A stretch of 64,000 nucleotides of DNA, from contig CAWJBB010000050.1 in NCBI GenBank assembly GCA_963840855.1, positions 1 to 64,000 of the forward strand, written 5' to 3'. The stretch comes from an uncultured delta proteobacterium. Its GTDB lineage: Bacteria > Desulfobacterota > Binatia > UBA9968. The notes under the pieces are model-generated. The model was not told the DNA's origin and did not search any database. It was given only the letters and a program-made list of their open reading frames with translations. Of the stretch, positions 29,959 through 40,470 are shown piece after piece (the first letter of the stretch is position 1; every line of letters starts with the position of its first letter). Position numbers and translations under genes: made by a program.

Positions 29959-30258
29959 TTCAGTTCCTCGTTCTACGAACTCGAAAAAGCTCTGCCCGTC
30001 CAATCCGGGCCGCCAAGTGCCTCTCCATATCGAAGAGAGCGCGTTCAAGTCAAGCGCTACCGGCACCTGGGCTGGCTCAAAACTAACCTCTTCCGCCTCA
30101 AAGCTCCACCGCCGGCCGGCCCTACAATCGTTGTTGTCAAGCATTCGCGCCGCCATTAGATAAGCCTTCTAGCTGGGCAGTGCAGACATATGGATTTAAC
30201 TGGAAAGTGGCATATAATGCGTCGGGCATGTTGAAACTGGATTCAACAAGGAGAAACC

Positions 30259-31803
30259 ATGCGCCGGACTCTTGCCCCGTATATATGTCTTAGCCTGCTA
30301 CTTTTTTGCGCCGCGGACGGGCGCGCTCAAGACAGCATTCGCGACCTCGTCGTAAAGATTCACGCCGTCCATCATACGCCCGATCTGTTGCGGCCTTGGA
30401 CCAAAAACAGCCCCCAACAGGTCAAAGGCTCCGGCGCGATTATCGACGGTAAACGCATTTTGACCAACGCTCACGTGGTACGCTACGCGAGCCAGATCTA
30501 CGTCCAACCCAACCAATCGGCGCGCCGCATACCGGCAAGGGTCGAGGCGGTTAGCCCATCCATCGACCTGGCGCTGTTAACGCTTGACGACGATTCATTT
30601 TTCGACAACCGCGGCGCGCTGTCCTTCGCCAACGAACTGCCGCGGGTCAAGGACGCGGTCAGCGTCTACGGTTACCCCACCGGCGGCACCGAGCTTTCGG
30701 TGACGCAGGGAATCGTCTCGCGCATCGAGTTCACCGATTACTATCACCAAACCAGCGGGTTGCGCATCCAGGTGGATGCGGCGCTCAATTTTGGCAACAG
30801 TGGCGGTCCGGCGGTCAACGATGGCAAGCTGGTCGGCCTGGTTTTCAGTCTAATTCAAAACGCCCAAAACATCGGTTATCTGATTCCCATCGACGAGATC
30901 AAACTATTTCTTGCCGACATCGCCGACGGAACATACCACGGCAAACCCCAGATGCATGATCTTGTTCAGACCATCGAGAACGACGCGCTTAGGCGCAAAC
31001 TGGGTTTGCCCAAGAACGTAAATGGCATGATGGTCACGGAGCCGTACCGCGATGATCAGAATTACCCGCTAAAAGAGTGGGACGTGATCACCCATATCGG
31101 CGACACGCCGGTGGACAGCGATGCCAAGGTTGCGGTGCGCTACGACCTGCGACTTTCCGCCTTTTACCTGGTCCAGAAATTCGCCAAGAACGGGTTGCTT
31201 CCTCTGACTGTTTTTCGCGACGGCCGGACGATGCAGGTCGGCCTGCCGGTGCAGCCGCAAAGGGACATGGTCATTCCTTATATGATTGAAGCCAATCCGC
31301 GCTATTTCATTTTAGGGCCGCTGGTTTTTTCCCAAACCACGCAAGATTTTCTAGACCGGCTCGGCGGCCAAAGAGCCTCCACGTTGAGCCGGCGTTCCAG
31401 CCCGTTGGTCACGCGCCGCTTTGACAAGCCGGCTTTTCCCGGGGAGGAGATCGTAGTGGTGGCCTCGCCGCTATTTCCCCACCGCATCACCAACGGCTAC
31501 GATGATCCCAACAACGCCGTGGTCAGCGAGATCAATGACATACCCGTCAAGAATTTGCGCCATCTGGTCGAAGTAGTGCGCGACTTGAGGGCTTCGCAGA
31601 TCACCTTCAAATTCGCCCGCTCCGGCGGCTTTGCCCATGAATCCATGGTGTTCAATCGCGACGAGTTGATGGCGGCAACCGGGAAAATCCTCGAGGAGAA
31701 CGGCATTCGTTATCCCTTCTCGCCGGACCTGCGCGCCGTGTGGGAAACAACCATTAGCGCAACCCCGCAATCGGCGCCCGTTGCCTGCTGTCTGACCCGA
31801 TAG
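30259..31803 (+). CDS. Secreted trypsin-like serine protease with PDZ domains (Deg/HtrA family)
   Basis: ILTNAHVV, DLALL, DAALNFGNSGGP catalytic triad motifs. Confidence 0.92.
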   Translation: MRRTLAPYICLSLLLFCAADGRAQDSIRDLVVKIHAVHHTPDLLRPWTKNSPQQVKGSGAIIDGKRILTNAHVVRYASQIYVQPNQSARRIPARVEAVSPSIDLALLTLDDDSFFDNRGALSFANELPRVKDAVSVYGYPTGGTELSVTQGIVSRIEFTDYYHQTSGLRIQVDAALNFGNSGGPAVNDGKLVGLVFSLIQNAQNIGYLIPIDEIKLFLADIADGTYHGKPQMHDLVQTIENDALRRKLGLPKNVNGMMVTEPYRDDQNYPLKEWDVITHIGDTPVDSDAKVAVRYDLRLSAFYLVQKFAKNGLLPLTVFRDGRTMQVGLPVQPQRDMVIPYMIEANPRYFILGPLVFSQTTQDFLDRLGGQRASTLSRRSSPLVTRRFDKPAFPGEEIVVVASPLFPHRITNGYDDPNNAVVSEINDIPVKNLRHLVEVVRDLRASQITFKFARSGGFAHESMVFNRDELMAATGKILEENGIRYPFSPDLRAVWETTISATPQSAPVACCLTR

Positions 31804-31923
31804 ACGATTATTTGCAATGCACATCTGTAACACCACGCTAGATCAACTTCCGCATTGATCCCAGCGCTGGGCTGGGTTAGGATCGAATTTCCCATACGAC
31901 CGCAAATCGCAAGCGGGGGCATC

Positions 31924-32604
31924 ATGCGCAAGAAACTCTTCTCTTGGCTCGGAAAAGAATTCATAGAACTATCCGGCGAGGCTAAGCCGGCCGGCTCCGG
32001 GGAGCTCGAAGCGCAGGAGCTTTTTCAGCGCTTCGACCAGGAGTTGAGGGCTCACAGTTTGTCCCTGGACAATACCGTGCGCAGCCGGCTCTGGGGACGC
32101 AACCGCGAAAGCCGCGACGCCGGTAGTAATGAACGGGTCAAACTCCTCTCCGGCAAAGCCCGCTCGGCCAGTTCGAGTTATATCTCGCCGTCGCATTTTG
32201 ATTCCCCGGCTAGAGTCGCCGTGGACCTGCTCGCCATGAGGCCGGCGATATCAAACAGCGCTAAACGAATCGTCGAGTACGATCCGCCAATCGTGCCGAT
32301 TCGCTTCCTGGTTTACGAGTCCGTTGTGGTTCTTTCCGGCGTCACCGCGGTTTTGCCGAACCTCGAAGAACAGTTGGCTAACATCTTGCCGCGCATCACC
32401 GGATCCCTTGAAGACGCCGGCAGTTCATGGGGAAAAGTTGAGCGCGTGTCTTTTTACCTGCACCGCAGCGAAACCGTCGAGGGGCTCAAACAACTTTTCG
32501 CGCGCCACGTAAGCGCCGCGATTCCACAAATGGAATATGTCTTTGTCGACGGCTATTCGTCGCCGGGTAAACTCTGTGAAATTGAAGTTAGCGCGACAAG
32601 CTAA
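31924..32604 (+). CDS. Tandem RidA/YjgF-like protein
   Basis: Two Rid-like halves (SLDNTVR..., SSWGKVERV...LCEIEVSA). Confidence 0.7.
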   Translation: MRKKLFSWLGKEFIELSGEAKPAGSGELEAQELFQRFDQELRAHSLSLDNTVRSRLWGRNRESRDAGSNERVKLLSGKARSASSSYISPSHFDSPARVAVDLLAMRPAISNSAKRIVEYDPPIVPIRFLVYESVVVLSGVTAVLPNLEEQLANILPRITGSLEDAGSSWGKVERVSFYLHRSETVEGLKQLFARHVSAAIPQMEYVFVDGYSSPGKLCEIEVSATS

Positions 32605-32620
32605 ACAACAAGGATAAACA

Positions 32621-33607
32621 ATGAGCAATCAGCGCCTGCGCGTGGCAGTCCTGGACGATTTTGAGAAGATTGCCGACACGGTGCCGGCCTATGAAAGACT
32701 CAAGGCGCGGGCCGATGTGACGATACTGCGCCAGCGTCTCGACACTTCCGAAAAACTCGTCGCTGGGCTGAAGGATTTCAACGTCTTGCTGCTCATGCGC
32801 GAGCGCACAAGCTTCAGCGAAAAAGAGTACGACCAGCTGCCTAATTTAAAATTCATCGCGCAAACCGGCCGCACCGGCAGGCACCTCGATCTCCCCGCCG
32901 CGACCAAATTCGGTATCGCCGTTTCGGGCACTCCCAGCGACACCGGCACGACCACCAAGGAACTGACCATCGGCCTGATCCTCGCGCTCCTGAGAAAAAT
33001 TCCCCAGGTCAACCAGCGCATGCGCGAGGAGGTTTGGCCCGCAATCACGGGCCGCATGCTCGAAGGAAAGACCGCCGGCGTGCTCGGCCTCGGCAGAATC
33101 GGCGGCGAAGTAGCGCGCATTCTGAAAGTCTTCAACGCGCGAGTGCTCGCTTACTCGCGGACCTTGACGCCGGAAAAAGCCGCGGCAGCCGGCGCGGAAT
33201 GCGTAAACCAGGAAACTTTGCTGCGGGAGTCGGACATCGTCACGATTCACATTCCGCTCAACGCTCACACCCGCGGCACTATCGGGGAAAAAGAATTCGC
33301 GCTGATGAAGCCGGGCGCCGTGCTCGTCAACACCGCCCGCGGCCCGATCGTCTCCGAGCCGGCGCTGATCAAAGCGCTGGAGCGCGGTCAGCTCGGCGGC
33401 GTCGGTCTCGACGTCTATGACATCGAACCCTTGCCGCTGGATCATCCGCTGCGCCGCTTTGATAATGCGATTTTGATGTCCCACCGCGGCTATGCCACGC
33501 ACGAGATTCTCAGCGAGCGCTATGAGCAAGCGATGGAAAATATTCTGAAATTCATGGACGGCAAACCGCTCAACTTCTTGAACCCCGAGGTACAGAGCGG
33601 AAAGTAA
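32621..33607 (+). CDS. D-2-hydroxyacid dehydrogenase family protein
   Basis: LMRERT, GLGRIG, VNTARG and LDVYDIEP motifs. Confidence 0.93.
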   Translation: MSNQRLRVAVLDDFEKIADTVPAYERLKARADVTILRQRLDTSEKLVAGLKDFNVLLLMRERTSFSEKEYDQLPNLKFIAQTGRTGRHLDLPAATKFGIAVSGTPSDTGTTTKELTIGLILALLRKIPQVNQRMREEVWPAITGRMLEGKTAGVLGLGRIGGEVARILKVFNARVLAYSRTLTPEKAAAAGAECVNQETLLRESDIVTIHIPLNAHTRGTIGEKEFALMKPGAVLVNTARGPIVSEPALIKALERGQLGGVGLDVYDIEPLPLDHPLRRFDNAILMSHRGYATHEILSERYEQAMENILKFMDGKPLNFLNPEVQSGK

Positions 33608-33670
33608 CGGAGGGGGACGAAGAGAAGAAGAGATTTAACCACAAAGGGCACATTGAATGCTGGGCGCAGC

Positions 33671-33772
33671 CGGTTCAAGTAGTTCAAGCCGTTCAAAACG
33701 TTCAAGCCGTCCGAGCCGGATGGGTTGCGTTGAGCAACCTGAATATATAGAACGATTGGAACGTTTGGAGCC
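33671..33772. repeat. Inverted 9-bp-period GTTCAA array
   Basis: cggttcaagtagttcaagccgttcaaaacgttcaagcc ... gaacgattggaacgtttggagc. Confidence 0.7.
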
Positions 33773-33853
33773 CGCGCAACACGGTTAATTTTCGCGCCTT
33801 CGTGGTGAAAGCATAATAGATTCAATTCGTTATTTTAAGATAGGAGAGCCACA

Positions 33854-34615
33854 ATGACCCACCAGAACATACTGACTGAAAGAACCGACAAGATCGCGTT
33901 GATTACATTGAACCGGCCGGAAAAGCTCAACGCCATGAGCTACGAACTGGCCTGTGACCTCGACGACGAACTGCAGCGCATCGAATCGGACGATGACGTG
34001 CGCGCGGTGATTCTCACCGGCGCCGGGCCGCGCGCCTTTTCCTCCGGCGGCGATATTCATCAGATGGCCAAATCGAGCGCGGAAGAACTGGCGGCGCGGG
34101 GCGCGCGCCGCAGCCAGATAAATTGGCATATTGCCACGTTCGCTAAACCGCTCATCGGCGCCATCAACGGCCTCGCCTATGGCGCCGGCGCCATGTTAAG
34201 TTCGATGCTGGACATCCGCATCGGCTGTGAGATGACGGAATTTCGTTTTTTGGCGGCGCGCTACGGGCGGGTCAACTCCACCTGGTCGTTGCCCCAGGTG
34301 GTCGGTATGCCGAAGGCCAAAGAGCTTTTTTACACCGGACGCGTGGTCAATGCGGAGGAAGCGGAGCGCATCGGCCTGCTCAATCAAGTCGTGCCGTCGA
34401 AGGAACTCCTCGACACGGCGCTGCAAATGGGCCGGCTCATTTCGGAAAACGATCCGCGCATGGTACAAGGCATAAAGCGCTTGCTGCACGAAGATATCGG
34501 ACTGTCGTGGCGTCAACGTTTTGACGGTGAGTTGAACGCCCGTCACACAACGCTCAAGGCCAATCACCCGCGCGAAGGCTTTCGCGATTTTTTGCAAAGA
34601 AAAGGAATGAAGTAG
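33854..34615 (+). CDS. Enoyl-CoA hydratase/isomerase family protein
   Basis: ITLNRPEKLNAM, AFSSGGD and KPLIGAINGLAYG motifs. Confidence 0.93.
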   Translation: MTHQNILTERTDKIALITLNRPEKLNAMSYELACDLDDELQRIESDDDVRAVILTGAGPRAFSSGGDIHQMAKSSAEELAARGARRSQINWHIATFAKPLIGAINGLAYGAGAMLSSMLDIRIGCEMTEFRFLAARYGRVNSTWSLPQVVGMPKAKELFYTGRVVNAEEAERIGLLNQVVPSKELLDTALQMGRLISENDPRMVQGIKRLLHEDIGLSWRQRFDGELNARHTTLKANHPREGFRDFLQRKGMK

Positions 34616-34818
34616 TAAAAAAGCTTCCTTTAGATACTCTGAGCCACTATAATCTCCCCTCAAGGAACAGCCCCGACGCCTGCTGCTCCGTCCCTACCGC
34701 TAATTATTAGATGTAGTTTCCACTCCCCCGCGTCGTTTATTTCGGCCTGTTCGGCAGAGCACGGCCGCGTTAAAGCTACACCGGGTTCGGACCGATTTAT
34801 GCCTTAACAATATCGATT

Positions 34819-35436
34819 ATGTATCTGGCTGAAACCACTGCGTCAGCGACGTCCAATCTGCCAGGCCATGAGCCCGCGCCGGCGGTTGCCGACTACGCGC
34901 GCGCCTTGCGCGCCATTGGTCAAGACTTGACCGATCTGTTCCCCAAAGTTCTCGAAATCGATACCGATGGCGTGAACTTTGAAGCCCGTGGGCAAAGCCA
35001 CACCAACCCTTTTCATCGGATCAGGGAACGCCGCTTCAAGAAGCTATGGAACAAGCTCTTCATGAAAGATGCTCAGGCTGCGTCAATTACGCCGGAGTTA
35101 ACCACCGAAACATTCACGCGCACCTACTCCCCCGACGATATCGAGCGGCTCGATCAGCATTACAGCGCAAACCGGTCCGGCCAGCAAAAAAAGCCCGACA
35201 ACTACAGCCTCGCCGAGCGGTTGCGCACCATGGGCGGCATCGTCAACTCGAGACAAGGCCGGCTCAAACAGGTGCGCAAGAACGCCGACCAACTGTTCGC
35301 GGATTATTGGGACCAGGACGGCAAGATTCAAACCGCAAAGCTTACAACCGTAATCCGTTACCGCAACCAACAGAGCCATGATTCTCAGAGCAATGCGGCG
35401 CTGCCGAAGGAGCTCTGGGAAGGTTACGATTTTTAA
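34819..35436 (+). CDS. Hypothetical protein with an internal repeat (LRAIGQDL / LRTMGGIV)
   Basis: 205-aa ORF with normal codon bias; no family recognised. Confidence 0.7.
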   Translation: MYLAETTASATSNLPGHEPAPAVADYARALRAIGQDLTDLFPKVLEIDTDGVNFEARGQSHTNPFHRIRERRFKKLWNKLFMKDAQAASITPELTTETFTRTYSPDDIERLDQHYSANRSGQQKKPDNYSLAERLRTMGGIVNSRQGRLKQVRKNADQLFADYWDQDGKIQTAKLTTVIRYRNQQSHDSQSNAALPKELWEGYDF

Positions 35437-35442
35437 TTTCCC

Positions 35443-36483
35443 TCAGACATGAAACCGGCGGCCCTCCGCCGGTCGAAGTTTAGAGCCGCCGGTTCTTCGG
35501 CTCCACCGGCCTGCCAACAAACCCACGGCAATCACGGCGAGAAACAAAAACAGCGGCGGCAGTTTCGTTCGCAGCGACGGCGCCACGGCCGTCACTGAAA
35601 CCGTTGCTTCCTGGCGTACGGTTGCGCCATCTGCGGTTTCAGCGACGGTGATGACTCGATGGTCGGTGCCGTCCGTGAAGTGATAGTCCAACGCAAATTC
35701 ACCGGCCACGGGAATCTTTTCGAGAGAAAAAACCAGCTTGTTCTTTTCCAGGTGCATGATACTGAAAGTTAACTTTGCCGAAGACTCGCCGTTGACGCCC
35801 GCCGGATACAGCCACCAGCGAATGCGCGCCGGGCTACCCACCGACGCCGGCGCCACGTCGATCTTCGAAATGTAACTCCGCTTGTGATCCTCTTGCGCCC
35901 ATGCGCTTTCTCCCGCCGCGGCGGACCAAGTTAAAATTAAAAAAAGCCACAAGCCAAGTTTCGTTCCCGCGCCATCCCGCGGCGCGGAAAAAACTCTACC
36001 GGCGATGACGCCAGCGATGAAGAGTCCTAGGGCGAAACCGCCAAGGACGAGCCATTTTTGGTTTTTTTCGTGAACGTGGAAGCTAAAAACTTTGTCGGTC
36101 TTGGCTCCTGCCGAACCGGCGAACTCCGCCGCCAGGCGGTAATCGCCCCGGATCGGGAAGACCTGGCGCCACTCGGCTTTGCCATTGATCAGGGGCAGGC
36201 GCATGTCCAGAAGCCTGCTCCCTTCGACCACAGGGAAATCGGTGGAAAACAACCAGTTCGGCGGCGGCGCGTCGAGCCGCAGCGCAACCCAGCCCTCGGC
36301 GACGGGCTGGCCATCCAACGCCGTCACGGTCAGAGCCAGAGTGGCCGGTTCACCCTGTGGTTCCAGTCGTTCGCCTGGCGGCGAGGATTCAAAACGTAGA
36401 GCAAATTCCTCGGCGCGGACAGTCCGGTCCGCGAGGATAAGACTCGCGACTAGAACTATGGAAGCGATGATTTTCAGTGGCAA
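35443..36483 (-). CDS. Membrane-anchored protein with two beta-rich extracytoplasmic domains, coupled to CbtB
   Basis: Signal peptide, TM pair mid-protein and C-terminal TM; start overlaps the cbtB-like stop. Confidence 0.7.
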   Translation of the reverse strand: MPLKIIASIVLVASLILADRTVRAEEFALRFESSPPGERLEPQGEPATLALTVTALDGQPVAEGWVALRLDAPPPNWLFSTDFPVVEGSRLLDMRLPLINGKAEWRQVFPIRGDYRLAAEFAGSAGAKTDKVFSFHVHEKNQKWLVLGGFALGLFIAGVIAGRVFSAPRDGAGTKLGLWLFLILTWSAAAGESAWAQEDHKRSYISKIDVAPASVGSPARIRWWLYPAGVNGESSAKLTFSIMHLEKNKLVFSLEKIPVAGEFALDYHFTDGTDHRVITVAETADGATVRQEATVSVTAVAPSLRTKLPPLFLFLAVIAVGLLAGRWSRRTGGSKLRPAEGRRFHV

Positions 36484-36662
36484 GGAACGACGGCCAGCGC
36501 ATGGCGCACGTTGTGCAGCGCGTCATGAACGACCGGATACTCCGACGCCAGCGCGACATACAAGATCGCGCCACAGGCAAACAAGAAAATACCTGACTTG
36601 AAAAGAAACGAGACCCGCTCCGGTAGCGACCATACAAAACTTCGTGTTGCGGTTCTTTCCAT
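36474..36662 (-). CDS. CbtB-domain small protein (putative cobalt transporter subunit)
   Basis: One TM helix followed by VHDALHNVRHALAVVPCH. Confidence 0.8.
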   Translation of the reverse strand: MERTATRSFVWSLPERVSFLFKSGIFLFACGAILYVALASEYPVVHDALHNVRHALAVVPCH

Positions 36663-36767
36663 AGGTTCGACTCCCAGTCGTAACGAACGGTATTTTTGTC
36701 CCAACCGGCGGCGACTGTCAAGCTCGACAGAACCATCTTGTCAGAGCGACCCGGAAGGTACGCGCCG

Positions 36768-37676
36768 TTACTTCGGGTGCGCGCGTACTTCAATGCCGGC
36801 GGCTTCTTCCTGGAGACGGAAGAGGGACGCGGTGCTCTGGTCGGACCAGCCCCGGCTGACAGCCTGGACCATGATTTGCTCCACCAATGTGGCGATGGGC
36901 ATCGGCACATTTACCTCGCGGCCAAGTTCAGTCGCAAGGCCGACGTCTTTTCGTGACAGGGCAATGTCGAAACTAGCGGGGGCCTCGTAGTTGCCTTTGA
37001 AGATCGTTTCTGAGATCGTTTTTACCAACTGATGAAGTTGGACCTCCAGGCCCCAATGCATGCAGTCCCAGAGGAGCTGGGGCTCCACCCCGGCCTTGGC
37101 GCCCAAGACGATCCCTTCGCCAATCGCCAGGCCGATCCCACGACGCACCAGGTTGTGCGCCAACTTGATCACGGTTCCACTGCCCAGGTCGCCCGTGTAG
37201 ACGACGGTATCGCTGAATGTAGCGAGAATGGGCTTCACCTCGTCGTACACTTCGGAAGGTCCCGACGCCAAGACCTCAACGCTTCTGTTGGCAATTCCAT
37301 CTTTGCCGACAATGAGCGGCGCATCCATGACATGCGCGCCGCACAGCCGGAACTCGGCCTCGATACGTCGGATGAGGCGCGGGCTGCTGCTGGACAGATC
37401 CACATAGACACTGCCGTCGTGAACCCCCTGCAAGAGACCGCTGGCGCCAAGCGCCACCTCCTCCACTTCCCGCGGACCCGGGAGGGAGGTAAAGATTACC
37501 CGACTTCGTCGGGCTACGTCCGCGGGCGATTCGGCGGACCGCGCTCCTCCCTCTACCAACGGCCGGGTTGCTTCCGGCAGGATGTCGTGGACGGCCATTG
37601 AATAGCCGGCCTTTTGGATATTCCTCGCAACGACCCCGCCTATGGTACCCAGACCGACAAATCCTATCGTTTCCAT
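36768..37676 (-). CDS. NAD(P)-dependent beta-hydroxyacid dehydrogenase (3-hydroxyisobutyrate dehydrogenase family)
   Basis: GFVGLGTIG, MDAP, GSGTVIKL and KDVGLA motifs. Confidence 0.9.
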   Translation of the reverse strand: METIGFVGLGTIGGVVARNIQKAGYSMAVHDILPEATRPLVEGGARSAESPADVARRSRVIFTSLPGPREVEEVALGASGLLQGVHDGSVYVDLSSSSPRLIRRIEAEFRLCGAHVMDAPLIVGKDGIANRSVEVLASGPSEVYDEVKPILATFSDTVVYTGDLGSGTVIKLAHNLVRRGIGLAIGEGIVLGAKAGVEPQLLWDCMHWGLEVQLHQLVKTISETIFKGNYEAPASFDIALSRKDVGLATELGREVNVPMPIATLVEQIMVQAVSRGWSDQSTASLFRLQEEAAGIEVRAHPK

Positions 37677-37883
37677 TTCGGCTCCTCGTTGATAGTGTGA
37701 GAATAGCGTCACCGGACGCGTAGACCTTACTTCAAAGTAATTACTTTACAAGACTTCAACGATGGTTAGAGTAAGAACGTCGCGGCGGTCAAACAACGTG
37801 AATGAAATGCGATCGAATCGCTTGCGGCTTACAGCCCGAGGCGTCTTCGTCATTCACAAAATAGTCATGTGAAGGAGCGAGCT

Positions 37884-38732
37884 ATGCACACATCGCCAAG
37901 AAGAGTCACAAAGATCATAGAACCGGAACCTGTTGTTGAAGGAGCGGGTGTTCGGCTGAGGAGAAGCATCGCAACACCGACTTTGGACTATCTCGATCCA
38001 TTTCTTCTCCTCGACCATTTTGCGTCACGCAACCCGGATGATTACCGAGCCGGATTTCCACTACATCCGCACCGCGGCATTGAGACCGTCACTTACCTGC
38101 TCTCAGGGGCCGTGGATCACAAGGATACCCTTGGAAACTCGGGAACCATAGGCGCCGGCGACGTTCAATGGATGACGGCCGGCCGCGGCATCATGCATGA
38201 AGAAATGCCGCAAGTGCGTCCCGAAGGAATTGCCGGGTTCCAACTCTGGGTAAACTTGCCAGCAACACTGAAAATGACCGCGCCCCGTTACCAGGACATC
38301 CGCTCGAGTGAGATTCCCGTATTCAGAAATGACTCCGGCGCAAAGATTCGAGTGATCGCAGGAAACGTAGATGGCATGAGTGGTCCGGTCAGAGGCATAG
38401 CCGCGGACCCGACGTACCTGGATGTTTTCGTGCCACCACGTGCATCGTTCATCCAGCCGATCCCGGAGAAAGACTCCGCGTTTGCGTATGGGTTTGAAGG
38501 CGAGGCGAGGTTCGATGATAGCGCTACCATCGTTGCGGCGACCCGGCTGGTTGTGTGGAGCGAGGGCGACCGCGTTGAAATAACCACGGCTCAAAGCCCG
38601 GTGCGCTTTCTGCTGGTTTCCGGGAAGCCGTTGAACGAGCCGATTGCGCGCTACGGTCCGTTCGTGATGAACACGAGGGCTGAGATCGAGCAAGCGCTCG
38701 TGGATCTCCGCCAGGGGACGTTTGTAAGCTGA
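37884..38732 (+). CDS. Pirin family protein
   Basis: DPFLLLD, GFPLHPHRGIETVTY, MHEEMP and YGPFVMN motifs. Confidence 0.95.
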   Translation: MHTSPRRVTKIIEPEPVVEGAGVRLRRSIATPTLDYLDPFLLLDHFASRNPDDYRAGFPLHPHRGIETVTYLLSGAVDHKDTLGNSGTIGAGDVQWMTAGRGIMHEEMPQVRPEGIAGFQLWVNLPATLKMTAPRYQDIRSSEIPVFRNDSGAKIRVIAGNVDGMSGPVRGIAADPTYLDVFVPPRASFIQPIPEKDSAFAYGFEGEARFDDSATIVAATRLVVWSEGDRVEITTAQSPVRFLLVSGKPLNEPIARYGPFVMNTRAEIEQALVDLRQGTFVS

Positions 38733-38974
38733 AATTTGAAGATTCAGCGTTGCGGCCAAGAAACTAAGAACCGCTTGCCATTATCGTTCCAGTAGTAAAA
38801 TCTCCTCCAGCTTCGTTACTTTGTAGGTGAAATTCCTGCAAGGGGAATCCTGCGCGCTGATTCAAAATAGGAAGCATGACATAATTTATGGTTTTTTTGT
38901 TACTCAACGACTTTTGGCATTCCCATTGCTTTCACAGGAGCGGTACAAGCGGTATAGCAACGCGGAGAATATCC

Positions 38975-39142
38975 ATGACTACCTACGAACTGGTCGAAAC
39001 CACTGTGGAAGAGTTGATTGTTGAGTTCTGCGAAGAAACGCTTAGGTCTTCCCGTGACAAAAAGGAGGCCGACATAACCGCTGCTAATTTCCTCACTGGG
39101 ATACTGCACAATGCAGAACCCATTTCTAGGACTTGGCACTAG
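38975..39142 (+). CDS. Small acidic hypothetical protein (55 aa)
   Basis: GGAG RBS; MTTYELVETTVEELIVEFCEET. Confidence 0.5.
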   Translation: MTTYELVETTVEELIVEFCEETLRSSRDKKEADITAANFLTGILHNAEPISRTWH

Positions 39143-39280
39143 GGAGATCATATGGGAACCATTCTCCACCCACCCGGCGACTGCTGATCGCATCGCCGCG
39201 TTACGAAGATTGGGGTAGCCCATAAACGAGGATAATGGCGCGACCGGCTGGGCGGCTTGATCTGCCTTTTGGAAACTTCC

Positions 39281-39550
39281 ATGAGTTCAACGCCGCCCAT
39301 ATCCCGCCGCGCCAAACGCTACACGGCATTCAGCGTCCGTTTTGCCTCGAAATCACGTCTCACCCATCCTGCCATCAAGCTCGCGTGGTTGCTCGTTACG
39401 GGTTTGCTGATCGGGGTAACGCTCCGAACGGTCTCGCTGACTCCAAAGGTCGGTGAGAGTTTCTTCTTCGGAGCAGACGACCCGCAAAAGCTAAAGTCCA
39501 GACTCAGGCTAGACCCCGCTCTATTCCGCTCCTCGTCAAACCCGCGCTAA
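39281..39550 (+). pseudogene. Possible N-terminal remnant of an MMPL/RND-type membrane protein
   Basis: TM helix then LTPKVGESFFFGADDPQ, after which similarity is lost at a short repeat. Confidence 0.3.
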
Positions 39551-39644
39551 CTCAGCCCGTGTTTTGATGCCAGCTTTACATTGACAAGGCAAAAGACGCC
39601 ATGAAATACTCGCCTGAACTTTGATATCTATGGAGGTTTAGCCG

Positions 39645-40265
39645 ATGGCAAACGCCAAGATCGAATTGCATCCCGAGTCTACGGGTTTAGTTATTGTCGA
39701 TATGCAAGTGGAAGGTTGCGAGCGGCATGGCCCCGCCATGAAGCCCATAATTTCTAATATTCGCCGCCTGCTCGATCGCTTCCGCGAGATCGATGGAAAG
39801 ATCATTCACGTACAGTCGGTCCGCACCAAGGACCATCCTGAATTCACCGTCTTCGGACGACCCTATGGCTTATTGATTGGCAGCCCAGGAGCTGAATTTG
39901 TCGATGAGCTGAAACCGCTGCCGGGTGAAAACGTCGTGCAGAAAACCTCCCACGATTGTTTTTATAAAACATCGATGGAGGCTGTGCTCGAAAAACTGGA
40001 TCTCCGCTCTTGTCGAGACAAGATCGTCGTCACCGGCATTGGCTCGAGCAACTGCGTGTATCATGCGGTGATAGGGTTTCACATCAGAAATTACTACAGC
40101 ATCGTACTTGAAGATTGCATCCACGGTGTCGACCCGCAGTCCCAGCCGTTTGCCCTGCACCAGTTCCGCTCTAACGCGTATAATTTCAACGTCACGGTGT
40201 CCCGCTCCGAAGATCTCGAGTTGGTATCGCATGGTATCGCTTTGCAACGGGCATCCGGCAGCTGA
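39645..40265 (+). CDS. Isochorismatase-like cysteine hydrolase
   Basis: VIVDMQ, QKTSHDCF and VTGIGSSNCV (D-K-C triad); TTGACA at 39581. Confidence 0.88.
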   Translation: MANAKIELHPESTGLVIVDMQVEGCERHGPAMKPIISNIRRLLDRFREIDGKIIHVQSVRTKDHPEFTVFGRPYGLLIGSPGAEFVDELKPLPGENVVQKTSHDCFYKTSMEAVLEKLDLRSCRDKIVVTGIGSSNCVYHAVIGFHIRNYYSIVLEDCIHGVDPQSQPFALHQFRSNAYNFNVTVSRSEDLELVSHGIALQRASGS

Positions 40266-40470
40266 TCCTCGGACCGCGATGAGCATGGCCTGGATGTGCA
40301 GCTTATCTACGTTAGATAGCAACCACGGTTCCAATCACGAGTTGTTGCTTTTACCTTCGTTTTTTCGCTTCCATCGGAATTATCTATTTGATAGATGGTA
40401 GGAATCTATAGTAGATGACGTATAAAGACGTGCTCGGCTATCCTCAAGCGCCACCCTAAGGAGAAGTGCC

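Noticed and set aside
34620-34818. Possible structured ncRNA or leader
   Set aside because: Some short complementary segments are present but no recognisable Rfam motif; it cannot be supported without covariance analysis
36663-36767. Cobalamin or NiCo riboswitch upstream of cbtB
   Set aside because: Only ~100 nt, containing a TTGACA promoter-like element; no B12-box recognised
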